DNA of 64,000 nt from Rhizophagus irregularis (GCF_026210795.1 NC_089429.1:3286001-3350000); one strand, 5' to 3'; numbered from the stretch's first letter, positions 1-14,800 are shown. The notes: generated from the letters alone by a model not told the origin. Made by a program: numbers and translations.

Positions 1-117
1 AAAATTTATAAATGTTTCACAACCTGCTTTTATTATATAATGATTTTTGCCAAAGGAGTTTGTAAAATAACATCACATTAACTGGCATGTCTTTATTAAA
101 TATATGTTAACAAAAAA

Positions 118-1574
118 CATATGGGCTGATTTGTTTACTTTGCATTAAAAAGAGTTATTGAATTGATTTGCACAATTTTCGTTACTTAAAATTGTTTTGT
201 AATACCAAAAAATTATCTGATTGATGATCACTTGACTAAATAATAAGTTGAACAAAAATTTACATTTGCAAAACTTAAATTATTAAATGTAAAAGAGCTG
301 TGAAAAAACCCATTTCACTAATAAAAAATCCATTTCTCATATATATGGAATTTTTAACATATATTATTAAAAAGTAAGTATATTTTAATAAAATATAAAG
401 TAAAATAAAAATTTATATAGTCTTAGTAGCTATAAATGTTTATAAAAGTATAATAAAAATATCATACATCAGGAAATTTGTTTAGGCGTAATTTAGTGTA
501 ATATTTCGAAGGTGGTGTAAAATTTCGAAATATTACACTAAAAACGTAATATTACAAAAGTTTACGCTCTTAAATTTGAATAATTATAGTAATTTAAGAA
601 TATCTCGCTATCTACTGATCCAATTAAGACGATCTATAGCTCATTGGAATCAGCTCATCAAGACGAATCGAATGGTAGTAAAATCGTATCTTTACGTTTG
701 ATAGATGACTTTCTATTAATTTAAAACTTTACTGCATACTATAAAGCGTTCTATCAACTGTAGAAATGCGAATTTACTACCATTCGATCCGTCTTGATGA
801 GCTGATTCCAATGAGCTATAGATCATCTTGATTGGATCAGTAGATAGCGAGATATTCTTAAATTACTATAATTATTCAAATTTAAGAGCGTAAACTTTTG
901 TAATATTACGTTTTTAGTGTAATATTTCGAAATTTTACACCACCTTCGAAATATTACACTAAATTACGCCTAAACAAATTTCCTGATGTATAAAAGATAG
1001 TATCATAATAGATATTTTCAAACAATAAAAATAATTATTTTATGTTGGAATTTGTATTACCATCTTTAGACGCAAATATATCAAGATTCACTAATCCGTT
1101 TTCTATAATTTTAGGCTCGTTGGAAAGCCCTTATTCTGGACTTTATAGGCGAAAAAAGAGCTCACCGATTGAATCATTAGATCCAGAGATATTTACGTTT
1201 AAAGTTGAGGTACGAACTTTTTAACATGCTTAAATGCAAATATCTTGGGATCCACTGATCCGTTTTTTATAAATTTAGGCTCTTCGGAAAGCCCTTGATC
1301 TGGTCTATATGAGCGAAAAAAGAGCTTGCCAATTAGATCATTAGATCTGGAGATATTTATGTTTAAAGTTGAGATACAAATTTTTAATATATATAGTAAG
1401 TGCTAAGAATTATATTAATTTAAAAGAAATATTTACCAACTTATAGTATAATAACATTAAATAAAAGTTTTTTAATACTCACCTCCAATTTACTGTATAT
1501 TATATAGTATTTTATATAATAAAAATGTAATAAAATCAATATTTTAATTAAAGGTAGACAAATTAGCCTATATG
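118..1574. mobile_element. Non-autonomous DNA element with CATATGGGCT.. terminal inverted repeats (copy 1), containing a nested MITE
   Basis: Begins catatgggctgatttgt, ends acaaattagcctatatg. An inverted, closely similar copy lies at 22613-23797. No TSD seen. Confidence 0.8.
467..988. mobile_element. Foldback MITE (Tc1/mariner-type, TA TSD) with ~230-bp inverted arms
   Basis: catcaggaaatttg...caaatttcctgatg flanked by TA (465-466, 989-990). The paralogous empty site (aatatcaTAtaaaagat, reverse strand near 23435-23450) lacks it. Confidence 0.92.
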
Positions 1575-1654
1575 ATTTTTTTATTATATGCATAGGTGTA
1601 ATGAATACTATAAAAAAATAATTACGTAAAATTTATATAATATAAGTTAAGATA

Positions 1655-1832
1655 AAAATCACCAGTGGTAAATTAGAATTTAAAAATAATAAAAATCACC
1701 AGTGGTAATTAAAATTAAAAAATTACCAGAGGTAAATTAAACATAAAAATCACTAATGGTGAAATTAACATTTAAAATTATTAAATTCACCAATGGTGAT
1801 TAAAATTAAAAATTCACCAGTGGTAAAATCCA
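1655..1832. repeat. Short tandem array (~6 copies, ~30-35 bp period) of aaatcaccagtggtaaatt
   Basis: Repeated quasi-palindromic caccagtggt / caccaatggtg cores separated by A/T spacers. Confidence 0.7.
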
Positions 1833-2627
1833 AATAAATTCTAAATTATTATATTATAATCATCTAATTTATTGTATAAAGGTTATATAAATAATTAAAA
1901 TCAGAAATTTAATTAGGATAATATATAAGATTAATTTTAACCTAAAGTGATTTAACCTGAATAATTTAACCTATTAGTAAATTTTCAACAAAAAAATGTA
2001 AATTATGATTACAATAAAAATAAGAGATATTATCAAAAATATAAGAAAAGTTGGTTATTTATTATATTATACTTTATAATTTTAAATAAATAACATTTAT
2101 ATAAAGTGAAATAATTTTTTTTTTTAAAAAAAAATGATATAAAATATAAATTTTAGGAGGGTAATAAAGCATTTTTTTATTGATTTTAATGGTAAAATAA
2201 TATAATTTTTTTATTGAATATTATTTTCAATTATAATTACATTTATTATATTATTTATTAGAATTGTTTTATTAAAACAAAAATATTAATGCTACTAAAA
2301 TTATTCTTAAAAAGTCTGAAAAGTCTATAATGAAAGTGCTAAAATATATTTATTATAAAAAAACCAGATAATACCAACTACCAAGAAACAATATATATTT
2401 AAATTTATTAATTAATATCACATCAGATGACCTTGATGTGGCTGATTGTCACACGTCGACAAATCAAAATGAAGGATGTTATAATGATCAGATGAGAACC
2501 CCTTTTATACGTGACCAAAAAATTTTTTTGGTTCATATAAAATAAACATATCAACCCGAACAGGAAAAAGAGAAAGAAGTCTGCCTCATCAGATCCCTCA
2601 CCGTTTTATTTCACATCATACATAAAA

Positions 2628-5600
2628 ATGGGTTCATACGACTATGATACACAGCGAACGAATCCGGCAGGAGTCGGACATAAGAATAATCACGCTGCCA
2701 CAGAAGTAGCGGAGACAGAAGAAGTAAAGCATCTGAAATCTCAATATAAAAACGAATTGACGAAACTACAAGAAATAACTACTGAATGGTCAGAAGCAGA
2801 TTTGCTCTTTGCCTTGCAAGAAAATCAAGGAGACCTTGAGGTTACAATTAATCGAATCATGGAAGGTTAGTCTTTAATTTTTACCAAAAGTACAATAACT
2901 GCAAAGAGAATTATTTTGATTTTAAATTCGCACAAGAATTTTCATGATAGTCTTATTATTCTAACGATTGCGTTTCAGAAAAACAATAATTAATTTTTTA
3001 CCTAAACTATAATTATTATGAAATTATGAATGAGAGTAGTATTATAAGCTTTTTATTTAATCGTAATTTGTTATATAATAGAAGTTGATCGATACTGGAC
3101 ATGTAGAAGCAATTCATTTTTTTTATGACATTTATAGTTCCTTAAACAATAAATAATAGACTAGAGATAAATTAAAAAATTTTATATTGCATGATCTCAA
3201 TTACAACGAAAAGAATTTTTTATTTAACTTGAAACTAAGATTTCTTTATTTTATTCCCTTTTTTTTAATAGGCCACATCTCTAAATGGGGTGAGGTTAAA
3301 TCTCGAAAATCTAAGAAAGAACATAGTAGTAAGAATAAACAAAGTGGACAACAATTTGGTAACGCTCAACGTGGACATCAGAAAGGTGGTTATAGTGACC
3401 GTGGCAGGGCCCGCGGTGGTAAGTAAATTTTAAATAACATGTGTAAAATATCATATTTTATCAAAGGCGATTTTGAAATATCATTTTGTTTATTTTTGTT
3501 TAGAGGGTGGACGTAGCGGAAGAAATAGTGATCGTACTCGAGGGTCAAGAAGAGAAAACGGTTCAGGCATGTTATTTATTTAAAATTAAATAATTTATTT
3601 CTGATATTATAATTCTTTTTTCTTTTTTTCCGGAAATAGGAGGCTATACTCGACCTCCACGTCAACAAAATGGGACCAATCACGATGATACAAACAACAT
3701 CACCCACGGTAAGGCATGGGGCACTGATAATACCAGTAGCTCCAGAAATAACAACAATGATAGCAACGATAATACTAGCACTTGGACAACTGAAAATGTT
3801 ATTGGAGATTGGTCTACCGATATTACAGCCCAAGGTGGTTCATGGTCAGCTGAAAATCCAGCAGAAAATGCCAAAAGTAGTTGGGCCAGTGATAGTATTG
3901 ACAAAGCTCAGAGTAGTCGGAGCAAAGAAAATCCTACGGACGGATGGAGTGGTGATAATACCCAACAGAGTGTTAAAGGTGTTCGGACAGCTGATGCAAC
4001 AGAAAGTAATAATATCAGTACGGATAATAATATTGCGACAAGTCGAGATATAGACAAAGCTACTGATAGCCTAAAACATAATCGAGATTCCAACGTTGCA
4101 AAGGATAATTGGGACACTGAACATCCTAAAGATAATTGGGGTGTAGAAAATGATAGTTGGGCTGCAGATAATCCGAAAGATAATTGGGGCTCTGACGATT
4201 TTGGAGTTGATACAACTAAGAATGGTAAAAATGTGAAGGAAGTTTCAAAATCTCCAAACACTGTAATGAAATCTGTAGCTCCTACAAAATCACCAGTTTC
4301 AAATAGTTTACGGACAATTCCTCCTAAGCCCAAGGCATCTTGGGCTCAAATTGTGAAGTGTGTTTTCGATCATGTCTTCATTAAATGTTTACAATGTAGT
4401 TTTTATAATATAAATATATATATATATAAAATATATGTATATATATAATTATATATTAATCTTTTTTTTAATCATATATTATTAATATGTCGGTTGTTAG
4501 ACCTGAATCAAAACCCGAACCGAAACCTGAATTATTATCCACACCTATACATAAGAATCCTGAAATCGTAAAACCAGTGTCTCCACAGATATCGAAATCT
4601 CCAAATCCTGTACAATCTCCTCAGGCGCCAAAATTAGAGTCAGCCATTGCTCTTCCACAGGAATCATTAGGTACATCATCGGTGATAACTACAAAGGCTG
4701 AAGAAATGAAAGAATATGCTAGAGAAGTTACTTCTCCTGAAGCGCCAACCGCTACCATTGTAACATCATCTACACCTGTTGTAAATGTTTCACCACGCGC
4801 AAAAGAAGTTTCTCCTCCGGGTCTTAAAGCTAAAACGAGTACAGCTACGCGTAGATTGAAGCAAGATACTCCTGTTGTAATGCCTAATACAGGCGCGGGT
4901 TTGGAAAGAGTTGGTGTACAATTTGGAAGTTTAAGCATATCGAATAATAATAATGTGGAAGAATCATCAGAGACTGAACCGCAAATTGTACCTCAGGTTA
5001 AGACTGAAGAACGATCATCTGTATCAGTTGAAACCTCACCTCAACCGCAAACTACTCCAATTCAACAGCAACAACAAATAATCCCGCAACAATCGGTTCA
5101 GCAATTACAACAAGTGTCACAACAACAAGTGGCCCAGCAAGCGACACAACAGTTGCAACAGCCAACTACACAACTGCAACAACAATTACAGCCGCCACAG
5201 TCATCTCAACCACAATCTTCAACTCTTTCACAATCAAATTCTATTAATAGACTTCCTACAACGTCTGCTCAAGCATTACCATCATCGGTCAGTAGTGCTC
5301 CAACTGGGGCGCTCGCGAATGCCCCGAATCAAAACTTCAATCCTTCTAATCCTTCTTACTTCAAGCAGCAACAAGATCAATCATCTTATTTGAATCAACA
5401 ACATCATTTAGGGTTAACAGAGCCAATTAGTGCTCCATATGCATCTTATCTTCCTAATCAGCCACCTAATCAACTATCCGGGTTTGGTATCGGACCTATT
5501 CCGGAATATAATACAATGTATGGACCAGATGCGCAACGCATAATGGTATGTGATGATATTAAAATTATTTTTTATTGTAACATTCTTAGCTTATTATATA

Positions 5601-6471
5601 CATTTTTTTATTATTGTAGGGATATTATGATCCAACATATGGACAAGCTTCTCCAGTTACATCAACTGGATATCAAGGTCGGGATAATAAATACACTTCT
5701 GATACAGCTAATAATACCAACAGTCAAACTAATAATCAACAGTCAACTGGCACACAACAATCAACAAATCAACAAGGAGGACAAAATCCACAACAAGCTT
5801 ATCCCCTTGGAATGCCACAATATTATCCATATTATTATTTGAACCAATTTCCTTCAGCTGCTTATCAACAATCTGGTTATGGTCAACCATATGTAAATAA
5901 ATCAATATATCCTATGTATAATCATCCGACCAAACCCGGTTCTGTTTCTGGGGCATCTCCATATGGTTATCCAACAACACCCACAACTCCCAATACTCCA
6001 CACCATTATTCCCATACTTCTAATACAGGTTACGAAGAAGTTGCCGCTGCACAGATCCATCATCATCCTGTGCCTAATGTTCTTGATTATCAAAAACCTT
6101 ATAATAGTGGTATACCTCTAAATTTTCTAGGTAATACTGGTGGTAATAATCCTCAACCTGCTGGTACTGCAAGTTCAAACTCTACAGGAGGCAAGTCTAA
6201 CAATAATGGAAGTACCGAATTAAATCCACCTACACAATATAAGCCATATCAGGATAAAACGTCTGTTAGTGCACAATCTGCAGGCGGTGTTGGACAGACT
6301 GGAACGCAGCAACATCAACAACCTAATAACCCGAATTATTATGGTCAACAGCAACAACAGGCTCAGATTTTTAATAATTATCAACAACATCCGCAGACTC
6401 ATCATCAATATTATCAGCATCATCAGGCTACTAATCGTAATCAACAACAATTCTGGACTAGCCAGAGTTAG
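2628..6471 (+). CDS. DEF1: CUE-domain, Q/N/Y-rich protein; RNA polymerase II degradation factor Def1 / UBAP2-like (6 exons)
   Basis: Exons ~2628-2865, 3272-3418, 3504-3566, 3640-4357, 4501-5545 and 5620-6471 join in frame. N-terminal CUE-like LTKLQEITTEWSEADLLFALQENQGDLEVTINRIMEG followed by HISKWGEVK, then RGG tract, W-containing repeats, SWAQIVK, VGVQFGSL and a prion-like C-terminus. Confidence 0.8.
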
Positions 6472-7074
6472 GTTTTTCATATGAAAATGAGGAGTATAAA
6501 AGAGGAGAGTGAGAGTTGAGAACAAATAAATTGATTGATGGTTGAAGATGTAATAAAGGTTATGTAGTTATCATTTCTTTAGAATATTTTTTTTTTATCC
6601 AGTATATTATATATATATATATTATGGTAATTGTTTATCTGTGTTAATTTTGTTAGTGGCTTATTTTTTTTTCTTTGTAAAGATATTCTTTTTCAAAAAA
6701 TACCTTCATTATATATCAAGCAATTTCAACATAATTATCTCATCCTATTCATCACAAAAAAACAATTCAAAATTACCAATGCTTTATTTTATATTATCTC
6801 TATTTGAGAATTATTAAAAAAATGTCATTATTAATGACTTGTATAAAGAACTTTTTTTAAAAAAAAAATTTATTGAAAAAATCAATTTTAAGTGTTACAT
6901 TTTTGAATGAAATTATTGTAATTATTGTATATTTTTAAGTCATAATATATTATCTTGATAAATTTAAACAAATTAAACAAATTAATGTTTACGAAATAAT
7001 AAATGTATATAAACCAATTTTTTTTTTTATTAAATCATGCAATAAGTATGCTTTTTTTCAAGTAAAAAATTTTT

Positions 7075-8513
7075 TTACACAGATTCTTGAATTTCTGGTT
7101 CTTTGAAATCTCCACTACCTCCCATTTTGGAACCTGTATCAATATTATCTCCATGTAATTCCATTAATTTTTGTACATCAAATTTAGGACTTTTAAGAAT
7201 TTTAACTTTACGAATGTATACCTAAAATTGCCGTGCATAAATAAATATGTTAAAATTTTTATTTTTAAGAAAATAAAATACCATTTATTTATCAATACAT
7301 ACAAATTGGAGGGGATAAATTCCCTGACACGCCTTTTCAATTTCACGACCAATTGATTCAGGTACAAATTTCAGTACTAGCTCTTTCAAATCACAAGTAG
7401 CCGCTTGTTGAGTCATAATATCAAACATTTTTTTTCGAATTTGTCGAATTTGAGATGATTGAGCATAAGTAGTTTTTCGAACTTGATTGGGTCGTCTTTT
7501 TGTAAAAGCAATTGCGAAAAGACGCAACAAGTAACCATCTGTTGTCTTTACGTCAACGTGAGCTTCGATGAGAGACTAATACAATAGGTCGCAATAAAGT
7601 TAGGTATTAATTTATTTAAAATTATCCTCATATTTAAATAAATATTAAGAACACCTAAACGTACCTGCCATTTCTTGACCAGAGATCGAAGTTTATCGGA
7701 GGTAAAGTCCATACCATGAAAATTGGTTAACAGGTTTTTACCTTGTACCTCATCAACTCTAAGTTTTATCTTACGAAAAGCTTGTTCTTCATCTTTATTC
7801 AAATCTGCTAAAGAGACTTCGAACACACGACCCTTTAAGGCGTCGTTGGCGTTTTCTTTAGTATAATTAGTAATTAGTTCTCATTTCAAGTGATATAAGC
7901 AATCTCTCGATTTTTTTTTTGATTGATTACTTACTTAAACCTTGCGTACGGTTAACAAGGGTCTTTCCAATATTACGAACTTCAAAAATCGAAGGAGCCT
8001 TTACATCATACCAATCTTTTCTAGTAAAAGGATCAACGCTAAAAATATTTTTGTGAAAATAATTTTTTTGATTTAGTAATATAATTAATCTTTGAAGGTT
8101 TTGTAATTTGATAAAATTATGAGAAATGGAATCAACGCATAATAATTGAATTTAAAAATAAATAAACTTAGATATATCAGGGATGATAATTTAAAATAAT
8201 AATTTCTTTATTAGTTGATTCTCGGATATAATTTTTCTACAGACTTACATTTTCTTTTTTAACCCCTTCTTTCCTTTACTAAGTCGTTTATTCTTTACAA
8301 TTCAAAGAATGAAATTATCAATAAACTGGATGTACATTCATTAAATAATAATTTAAGATGGATGGATTGTCTACCTTGCCAACGGCTAAGTAATTTCGCC
8401 CAACCAGCAAAAAAAATTTACGTCCAACCCACAAAAAAAAAATGAAATTATTTATTTTTTTTTTATTTTTTTTTTTAAAAAAAAAAAATAAAAATGTAAA
8501 ATTACAAACCCAT
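7075..8513 (-). CDS. RPS1: 40S ribosomal protein eS1 (S3Ae / RPS1), multi-exon
   Basis: Spliced peptide [113 protein letters not shown]-like C-terminus and stop at 7075-7077. Confidence 0.97.
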
Positions 8514-8740
8514 GCTGAAAGCTCTACACAAATACGAGTATATAAAAGTGTTTAAAGAGCTGGAAGAGGAGGAAATTTTTACCTGTTAATCTTAATCTTA
8601 TATATTAACCAAGCACTAAAGTTTGATTGGAGGATCAATGGTCCCGTGCTATAATATGATATTATTGGCTATTATATTGAACAAAAAAAATTTTCCGCAT
8701 GACATAGCTAAGCTTTCGAAACTTCAAAGGAAAAATAACA
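8514..8740. promoter_or_regulatory. Compact bidirectional promoter region between RPS1 and MED20
   Basis: The two start codons diverge 227 bp apart. TATA-like gtatataaaa at ~8538. Confidence 0.6.
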
Positions 8741-9561
8741 ATGGGTGTAACAAGGTATCTGTTTTTATTGTCATTAACACATTTAGCTGATAACTAATTT
8801 TGTTTTATAATAGTGTGTTATTATGGAAAGATAGTAATGGCCAAGGAATGATGAAATTTCATGAACGAATAACAACTACTTTACTCGGGAGTGCAAAAGA
8901 CAAATGGGCTATACAAGTTAAATTATATCGAGATATCAAAAGTACAGGAACTGGTAAATTTATGTATACAACTGAATTCTATAACACCAATAAAATTTAT
9001 TGCTTGATAGACGACGTAATTGTTGAGGCTGAACGTGAAATGGAAAACATTCTTGAAAAATTAAAAAATTTATGGCTTCTTAGACAAACCATAGTTTATG
9101 ATGTTTGTTAAAAAATTTTTTTTTTCTATCTTTTTTTATTTATGCTTAAATTATTTTCTTTGACATGCAATACTAATTTTAAATTTAATTCAGGGCAATA
9201 CATATATTATTGGCGATTTCTTAATTCGTGTTGCATATCCTAAAACCACTAATTCTAATTACAAAGGAATGCTGGTGGAGGTTGGATTCAGTTTAATATT
9301 TTTAACATATAAATATACATATCATTAATAAAATTATTTTAATTCAAGGTTGAATATACTTCAACAATTAATCCTCATGTAGCAGCACCTATTTTACATG
9401 AATTTATTGAAATGTTAAAACCACCAGAAATTGACATTGTAAAATGGGAACCTGATGATGAACATTCTTTTTCAAAAATTGGATTATCTGAAGATGCTTT
9501 TACTAGAGCACATACTGATTATCAATATATGATGTTATTCAAAATGGAAAATTTGTTGTAA
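8741..9561 (+). CDS. MED20: Mediator complex subunit 20 (Med20/Srb2), 4 exons
   Basis: Spliced peptide MGVTSVLLWKD...LWLLRQTIVYD|GNTYIIGDFLIRVAYP..KGMLVE|VEYTS...HTDYQYMMLFKMENLL*. MGVT start, GDF(L/I)IRV and VEVEY motifs are typical of Med20. Confidence 0.85.
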
Positions 9562-10251
9562 AATTAAAAATAATCATTTAAGATATCACTTGTTTACTAT
9601 TATAATTCATACTTTTAAGAAAAAAAAATAAAAAATAAAAAAATCAGTAATTATATTTTAAGAATTTTATTACTTATAACCAGTAATAATTATTAATTTA
9701 ATAGTATTTTTTTATCAAAAATTAGATGGTAAAAATAGAAAATAGAAAGGTATTATATATTAAACCCTATAAAATAAACAATTTCTTTAAAATTTTTAAT
9801 AAACAATAAACTTCTATAATATAATCTTTTAAAAATTAACTTATTACATTTAAATTTAATCTTATTAAAAAATTTTAAAGTTTAAATAAATACTAATTAA
9901 AAATTAGAAATTAATAAGATAATTATTAAATGATAATTTCAAATACAGGTTTTCAAAAGTAAATTTTCTATATTGATCATTTAATGTTGGGCAGAATTAA
10001 ATTTAACAAAAAAAGAAAAAAAAGAGAATTTGTTAAATAAATCAAAATCAATTTTAATACTTCAAGTAAACTTATAAAACAGACAAAAATACATATACCA
10101 CATATTTTTTTAAAATTATATTTATTAAAATTTATTTTTACATAACTTTTAATAAAGCATGATACATGTATGAACACATCCATGTAATTTAAGAAATTTT
10201 CTTATTAAATATATATTTTAAAAATTAAAAAATATATTTTATTAAAGGGTA

Positions 10252-11213
10252 CAGTCAACTCTCTTTATAGTCACACATTTGGGACAGTTATATTTGGTGA
10301 TTATAAAGAGATGTGACTATATAAAAAATTTCTTATATTTGTATATCATAATTCTGGCCAAAAATTAACATAATTTTGGTTAGAATTATATTTAAAACTT
10401 TATTGTATCATAACTCTGTCAATATTAATCGTAGAGAGAAATGATCTTACTACCATTCGATTCGTCTTAATGAGATGGTTCTAATGGTGTAAAATACATT
10501 AAAATCCAATCATTAGATTAATTTTCAAAATTAAAAAATATTAATGCTTTTTGTGTAATAACTCTGCCAATATTGATCCTAGAGAGACGATCTTACTACC
10601 ATTCAATTCGTCTTGATGAGATAAATTTAATGGTATAAGATACATCGAAATTCAATTACTAGATCAATTTCCAAAAATTAAAAAATATTAAATGGTTTTT
10701 AAGTAGTAACTCTGTCAATATTGATCACAAAGAGATGAGTTTACCACCATTCGATTCGTCTTGATGAGGCGATTTCAACGAGCTATTAATCATCTTTTTA
10801 TAATCACTAGGTACTGAAAAATTTAGCAAAATGTTAAGTGGCGCAGTGAACGTAAATCAAAAAATATTATAATGCTGATGTTTAACATTTTGTTGAATAA
10901 CTCATCAGCTAGTGATCATAAAAAGATAAAATTACTACCATTTGATTCGTCTCAATAAGATGATTCTAACAAGCTATGGTACATCTTTATACGATTATTA
11001 GATGCCAAGTTATTTAATATATTTCATTATATACTGTAATTATAAACAGTTTTTTTTAATATAAGATTTTTGAGGATAAGTGTGATAGTGACTATAGATA
11101 TATTGTGACTATATAGGATAGATTTTAATAATAAAGTGTTTTGAACATTCAACTGGTGTAACTATATAGTAGAATGTGACTATAATGGAAGTGATTATAG
11201 AGGGAGTTAACTG
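10252..11213. mobile_element. Tc1/mariner(pogo)-type MITE, CAGTCAA termini, TA TSD (copy 1)
   Basis: ta|cagtcaactctctttatagtcac...gtgattatagagggagttaactg|ta. An inverted copy lies at 15922-17024. Internal tandem modules ccattcgattcgtcttgatgag. Confidence 0.9.
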
Positions 11214-11888
11214 TACTACAAAAATTGCGATATCCAACTTGTCATCCTTCTTATCACCTGAGTGATCATCAATTTTTAAAATTAGTAACACCAAGCCACC
11301 ATGACGATCAAATTTTCCAGTATCCCCCCATCCCCCAAAGAAAATAAAATTATACTGAAAAAAACAAACAAGAAAAACAAAAAGCCAAAAATAAAAACAT
11401 AAACCTCAGGAAAACTCAAAGTACAATGAGAAAAACCTGAGTAAACCACTGGTTAAAATTAATGCTATCAGGTACATATCGGTACTATATATCAGTGACT
11501 AATCAGATACATATCAGACATTTATTACATATCAGGTACCTGATATGTAACATATTAAATATGCCTAAAAATCGAATTCCCAATATCTAAACAATTAGTC
11601 ACTGATATGTAATACTGAATCAATCTTACACATATCGCAAAATATTTATTTATTGTATTTGTATTATATAATCCAAAGAGGTATATTAAAATTATTACTA
11701 AAAAAAGTATTTTAATATTAAAGATAATCGTTTATTCATATAAAACCCCTTATTTTCAATTTTTTTTTATTTTTTCTGATATCACGAATAACTGACAAAA
11801 ATATTAAAAATATACATATTTTATTTTAAAATTAATTGGATTGAATGTTCAAATTAATCTTACATACAACTTTATTTTAATCAATTCA

Positions 11889-14800
11889 CACTGGTCGAAT
11901 GAAGGGCTACCGGGTAAATTTCATATACCCGATAGCCCTATTATATGTTTTCGATTTTAACCTGAATGGCAGCTGATCGATCCACCCGATTTGTGACCGG
12001 TTCTCGGCGCAGATCAGGTATAAGTCATGTGACTTTCAGGTTAGAACATAACGGTAAAGTGCTATATGAATATCGGGAGAATTTCAGCAATCCGATATTT
12101 CTCCGAACTATTTATAATATTAGATGTATATTTGCTACATCGAAACCCGAAACTTATTATTTATTCATTTATATATACTATATATTATTCATTTATTTAT
12201 TTATTTAACATAATAACATATATATATATTTATTTTATTATTATATTTTTAAAAATTATATTCGTTAATTTATCCTATTCTATCTATCTACATTATGTTG
12301 TTAATGGTTTGGAATATTATTCCAGTTGGTTCGATTCCAACAAACAACTATTTTTCCCAAAGTTTTTATGCCAACTCTTCCGAACTATTGCCTACTAATA
12401 CCAAACGAATTAAGCAGAAGATGGATATTAGATTGTGGTGGATTAGGTTGATTTTGACTTGGTAAAATTGTGAGTGAAATATTATTTCGTTCTCTATAAA
12501 AAAAGAACGTTTAGTAAACGTTCTTAACGAAAAATATTAAAAAAAATAAGTTCTGGTACCTTGTGTCAATTTCATCTTGAGCGAATTACCTACAAGAAAA
12601 CGAAAAAAGTAACGTTAAAAATGTTACAAAAAAAAATAGAAAAACCCTTCTATTTACCTTTCGTCCAAAGTCCAGTTCGTAATCTTGTCTGGCGTTCCTA
12701 CTTAAAAAAGAAAGAAACGTTAGTACGTTTCTTTAAAACAATTAAACACCATACACCGCATTATCCCATATACCTAAGTCCAGGTTCTCCCAAATTCCTA
12801 GGAGTCCGGTAATCTAAAAAAACAAAAAAGAAATGTTAATACGTTTCTTTAACATAATTAAACACCAACGCTATACACTTCCCCATATACTTTACCGGGT
12901 TCTTCCAAATTCCTAGGAGTCCGGTAACCTAAAAAAATGAAAAAAAAGAAACGTTAATACGTTTCTTTAATACAATTAACGCCATACACTCCTCCCATAT
13001 ATTTTACCAGATTCTTCCAAGTCCGGTAACCTAAGAAAATGAAAAAAGAAACGTTAATACGTTTCTTTAACACAATCAAACGTCATACGCCACCCATATA
13101 TTATACCGAGACTTCCAAGTTCCTAGGAGTCCGGTAACCTAAAAAAATTGAAAAAAAGAACGTTGATACGTTTCTTTAACAGCCCCCATATATCTAAATC
13201 CGATTTATTGAAAAAAAAATATTTAGTTTCGACAAAAAAACTTACCGAATTTAAATACCGAGCTCAACAAATCCTACAAAAAAAGAAAAAGAAACGTTAA
13301 AACGTTTCTTAATAAAAAAATAAAGTTTCGTAACGATTTTCGTTACGAAACTTACCATTTCGACCTTAGAGTACCGGAGCGGCGGAGCCTACAGATTCTA
13401 CAAAAAAAAAATAATAAGAACGTTAGAAACGTTCTTTGAAAAATAAAAAAAATATTGAAAGTTTGAAACTTACCCTCTCTTAGGCCTTAGCATCCCAGTC
13501 CGGTATAAAAGTCGAAGGGAGCCTACAAAAATAAATAAAGAAACATTAGTAACGTTTCTTTAAAAAAAAAAATAAAAAAAAGAATCGAAGTTTCAAAACG
13601 AAACTTCGAAACCTAACCGAAATCCAATATCCAGAGAGTATCTACAAAAAGAAGAAACGTTAATATAACGTTTCTTACAAAAAAAAGAATAAAAAAAGAT
13701 TGTTTCGCAACGTTTAAACTTACCGTTTCGAAACACCGAGCCGAACACTTGAACCTACAAAAAAAGAGAGAAACGTTAATATAACGTTTCTCAAAGAAAA
13801 AAATTTTTTTAAGTTTCGTAACGTAACTAAATGTCGCGAAACTCACCGTCATTTCGAATTTCACAAGGCCGAAATACTTGAACCTACAAAAAAAGAGAGA
13901 AACGTTAATATAACGTTTCTTACAAAAAAATAAATAAAAAATAAGTTTCGCGTTGTGAAACTTACCATTCGAGGTTTGCCATTTCGAAGCTCCCCACTTG
14001 AACCTACAAAAAAAAGAGAGAAACGTCAGAATAACGTTTCTCAAACTCTCAAAGAAAAAAATTGTAAGTTTCGCAACGCGTTGCGAAACTTACCGTTCGT
14101 TTCGTTGAAAAATGAAAAAAGATATTTCGAAGTATACTTGAAGTATATCTTCGAAATGTCGAATTTAATTTCGTCCGTCTAAGGAGCCGTCCAAAAGAAA
14201 CCGAACCTAAAAGAAAAAAAACGAAACGTTAATAAACGTTTCGTTGAAAAAAAACAAAAAAAAATATATTTCGAAGTATACTTCAAGTATACCTTCGAAA
14301 TGTCGAGTAAGGAGCCGCCCAAAGAAGTCGAACCTAAAAAAGCAAAAAAAACGAAGCGTTAATAAACGTTTCGTTGAAAAAAAAAACCCAAAAAAGAAAG
14401 ACATTTTGAAGTATATATACCTTCAAAATGTCTTATTGATTTCCGTCCGTCCAAGAAGCCAAGAAGCCGCCCAAAGAAGCCGAACCTAAAAGAAAAAGAA
14501 ACGAAACGTTAATAAACGTTTCGTTAGTCGAAAAAACAAAAAAATAATTATTTCGAAGTATACTCGAAGTATACCTTCGAAATATCGAGTTCCGTCTCCA
14601 AGGAGCTGCCCAGCCGAACCTAAAAAAGCAAAAAAACGAAGCGTTAATAAACGTTTCGCTAGTCGAAAAAATAAAAAAATAAATTATTTCGAAGAAGTAT
14701 ACCTTCGAAATGTCGAATTCCGAACCTATACCTTCGGCGTTCTGGACCTAAAAAATAAAAAAGAATATTAGTGCTAACGTTCATTAAAACAAATAAAAAA

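Noticed and set aside
1042..1224. Short ORFs in MITEs and repeats (also 23042-23390, 25240-25494, 13613-14489, 49939-50237, 54981-55277)
   Set aside because: They lie in non-coding repeats or low-complexity tracts and have no recognisable domains.
3576..6525. Overlapping ORFs on alternative frames and strands within DEF1
   Set aside because: Shadows of low-complexity coding sequence.
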